DNA of 64,000 nucleotides from Candidatus Omnitrophota bacterium (GTDB lineage Bacteria; Omnitrophota; Gorgyraeia; Gorgyraeales; Gorgyraeaceae): NCBI GenBank assembly GCA_042571405.1, contig JBHPHU010000003.1, positions 3,838 to 67,837 of the forward strand, read 5' to 3'. Shown piece by piece: positions 63,123 to 64,000 of this stretch (position 1 is its first letter; each line of letters starts with the position of its first letter). The notes under the pieces were generated by a model. It saw only the letters and a program-made list of their open reading frames with translations, ran no database searches and was not told where the DNA came from. The position numbers and the translations under genes were made by a program.

Positions 63123-64000
63123 ATGCTGAGGCCTTTTTTTAGTAAATTAATTTTTACAAAGACCGCTTTAATTTCTGCAGTGGTCTTTTTTGTTTTTACA
63201 GGAATTTGCGCTGCGAGTCTTTCTAGTAGCGAGAGTTATAAATTACATACTGCTATGGCAAATGGCGGCGGAGCAGCTGGTTCGTCAACAGCTTACAATG
63301 CAGAGAATAGCGTTGGCTCGCCAATGGGTACAGCTGTTGCTACCGGTACTAGCTATAAGATATATTCAGGACTCCTTGCCACAACAAATGCCTTACCCGG
63401 CGTTACTATTTCATCTTACAATGATGGCCTGTTGATAAATGATGATACACCTTCTCTGGAATGGACTTACGAGGATAAAGATACGGATCCTCAGCGTTAT
63501 TACCAGGTGCAGGTCTCACAGGATAATTTTGTTACGCTTGCAGTAGATTCAGGGCTCGTTACATCAAGTGATACCAGTTTTACAACTCCTGTGCTTTCAA
63601 CTGATGAAGCCGGTGTTAGCTACCGCTGGCGCGTAAGGGTGAGCGATGGGTTTGATTATTCAGGATGGCAGAATGCTACAGCTGGCTTTAGGCTTACTAC
63701 CGCGGCAATGGACGTGCCTATAATATGGGCAAGGGTATCTGCGGGCGGAAGTGAGATTCCTGCTAAGTTATGGCAGGATTGCGGTACTCCTTATATGTAT
63801 TGGGAGTATCCTGTTACAGGTCTGGATATCGCGGGTTATAGTTATGCATGGGGGAGCATGCCGGATGATCAGATTGACACAACAGACTTTTCTTATCAGA
63901 CAGACCAGGACCTACTCTCTGACGGGGTAAGGGTATTTAATCTTACAGCGCAGAATACAGGAGGCAGTTGGAGCGATATGGCTTCTTTTGAGATATGGAT
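63123..64000 (+). CDS. partial CDS (3' end beyond window): secreted protein with fibronectin-III-like/beta-sandwich character; absent from ORF track
   Basis: ATG 63123 (MLRPFFSKLIFTKTALISAVVFFVFTGICAASLS signal peptide), frame open for 292 codons to window end; ...YRWRVRVSDGFDYSGWQ... FN3-like. The track's 63190..63435 ORF is a different frame. Confidence 0.6.
   Translation, partial: MLRPFFSKLIFTKTALISAVVFFVFTGICAASLSSSESYKLHTAMANGGGAAGSSTAYNAENSVGSPMGTAVATGTSYKIYSGLLATTNALPGVTISSYNDGLLINDDTPSLEWTYEDKDTDPQRYYQVQVSQDNFVTLAVDSGLVTSSDTSFTTPVLSTDEAGVSYRWRVRVSDGFDYSGWQNATAGFRLTTAAMDVPIIWARVSAGGSEIPAKLWQDCGTPYMYWEYPVTGLDIAGYSYAWGSMPDDQIDTTDFSYQTDQDLLSDGVRVFNLTAQNTGGSWSDMASFEIW

Overview
AT-rich (~38% GC) 64-kb chromosomal window, apparently from an anaerobic, uncultivated-type bacterium, possibly Omnitrophota/CPR-like. 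Genes are densely packed, mostly on the + strand, with ATGA/TAATG overlaps indicating operons.

Main contents, in order:
- 0.1-6.3 kb: an Rrf2-regulated oxygen/ROS-detoxification island (ferredoxin, flavin reductase-rubredoxin fusion, FprA, rubrerythrin, FMN reductase, a rubrerythrin-like ferritin-fold protein with two ExxH motifs, glutaredoxin, Ogg-type 8-oxoG glycosylase).
- 6.5-9.7 kb: a 1095-aa unknown protein, followed by a His-rich Ni/Co-type permease.
- 10.4-11.3 kb (-): era.
- 11.4-11.7 kb: a GC-rich ~310-bp nested palindrome.
- 12.8-14.4 kb: nadE.
- 15-19 kb: a dacA-like carboxypeptidase and a (-) operon of an FAD D-lactate-DH-like oxidase with a LarA-like protein.
- 20.8-22.3 kb (-): an SNF-family Na+ symporter, with a HepT/MNT toxin-antitoxin cassette inserted next to it, flanked by a ~140-bp duplication.
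- 25.4-28.4 kb: a UvrD-like helicase with a C-terminal Cas4-like nuclease domain.
- 29.4-30.3 kb: htpX.
- 30.4-38.3 kb: a complete MoxR-DUF58-BatABCDE aerotolerance operon.
- 38.5-42.2 kb: class II ribonucleotide reductase nrdJ interrupted by a 438-aa LAGLIDADG intein, with twin NrdR boxes upstream; dcd follows.
- 43.0-44.4 kb: a HipB-HipS-HipT tripartite TA module with TACCC-N4-GGGTA operators.
- 44.5-45.9 kb: a DUF234 ATPase.
- 57.0-57.8 kb: gpmA.
- 58.8-61.9 kb: a giant GspK-like pseudopilin.

Most interesting observation: 46.1-56.3 kb holds five tandem large genes (436-1119 aa). Four of them, plus an unlinked gene at 62 kb, share an N-terminal Sec-like hydrophobic leader followed by a conserved 'LRP[AMQ]xxF' motif fused to unrelated bodies (a GT-B glycosyltransferase-like domain, a histidine-kinase core, unknowns); the first gene of the array and two unlinked (-) strand enzymes at 23.4-25.0 kb (a cytidylyltransferase-like protein and a P-loop kinase-like protein) carry a related LR[VI]P variant. 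Two of the tandem genes have a duplicated promoter block. This looks like an undescribed sorting or processing signal.

Other unexplained structure:
- Four intergenic repeat families: the A elements (one carries a GxxExxY fragment and 19-bp flanking direct repeats), the B 'TTCTCGAC/GCTCGAACAATATT' foldback elements, the C hairpins 'GCCCCGTAC/GTACGGGGC', and the D hairpins 'CCGCCTTAGGCGG'.
- A 7-nt tandem repeat (ACGGGTA-like) that forms an intergenic hairpin and is also embedded in two CDSs.
- A perfect 12-3-12 palindrome upstream of htpX.

No rRNA, tRNA or CRISPR array was recognised. Coordinates derived by hand may be off by a few nt.
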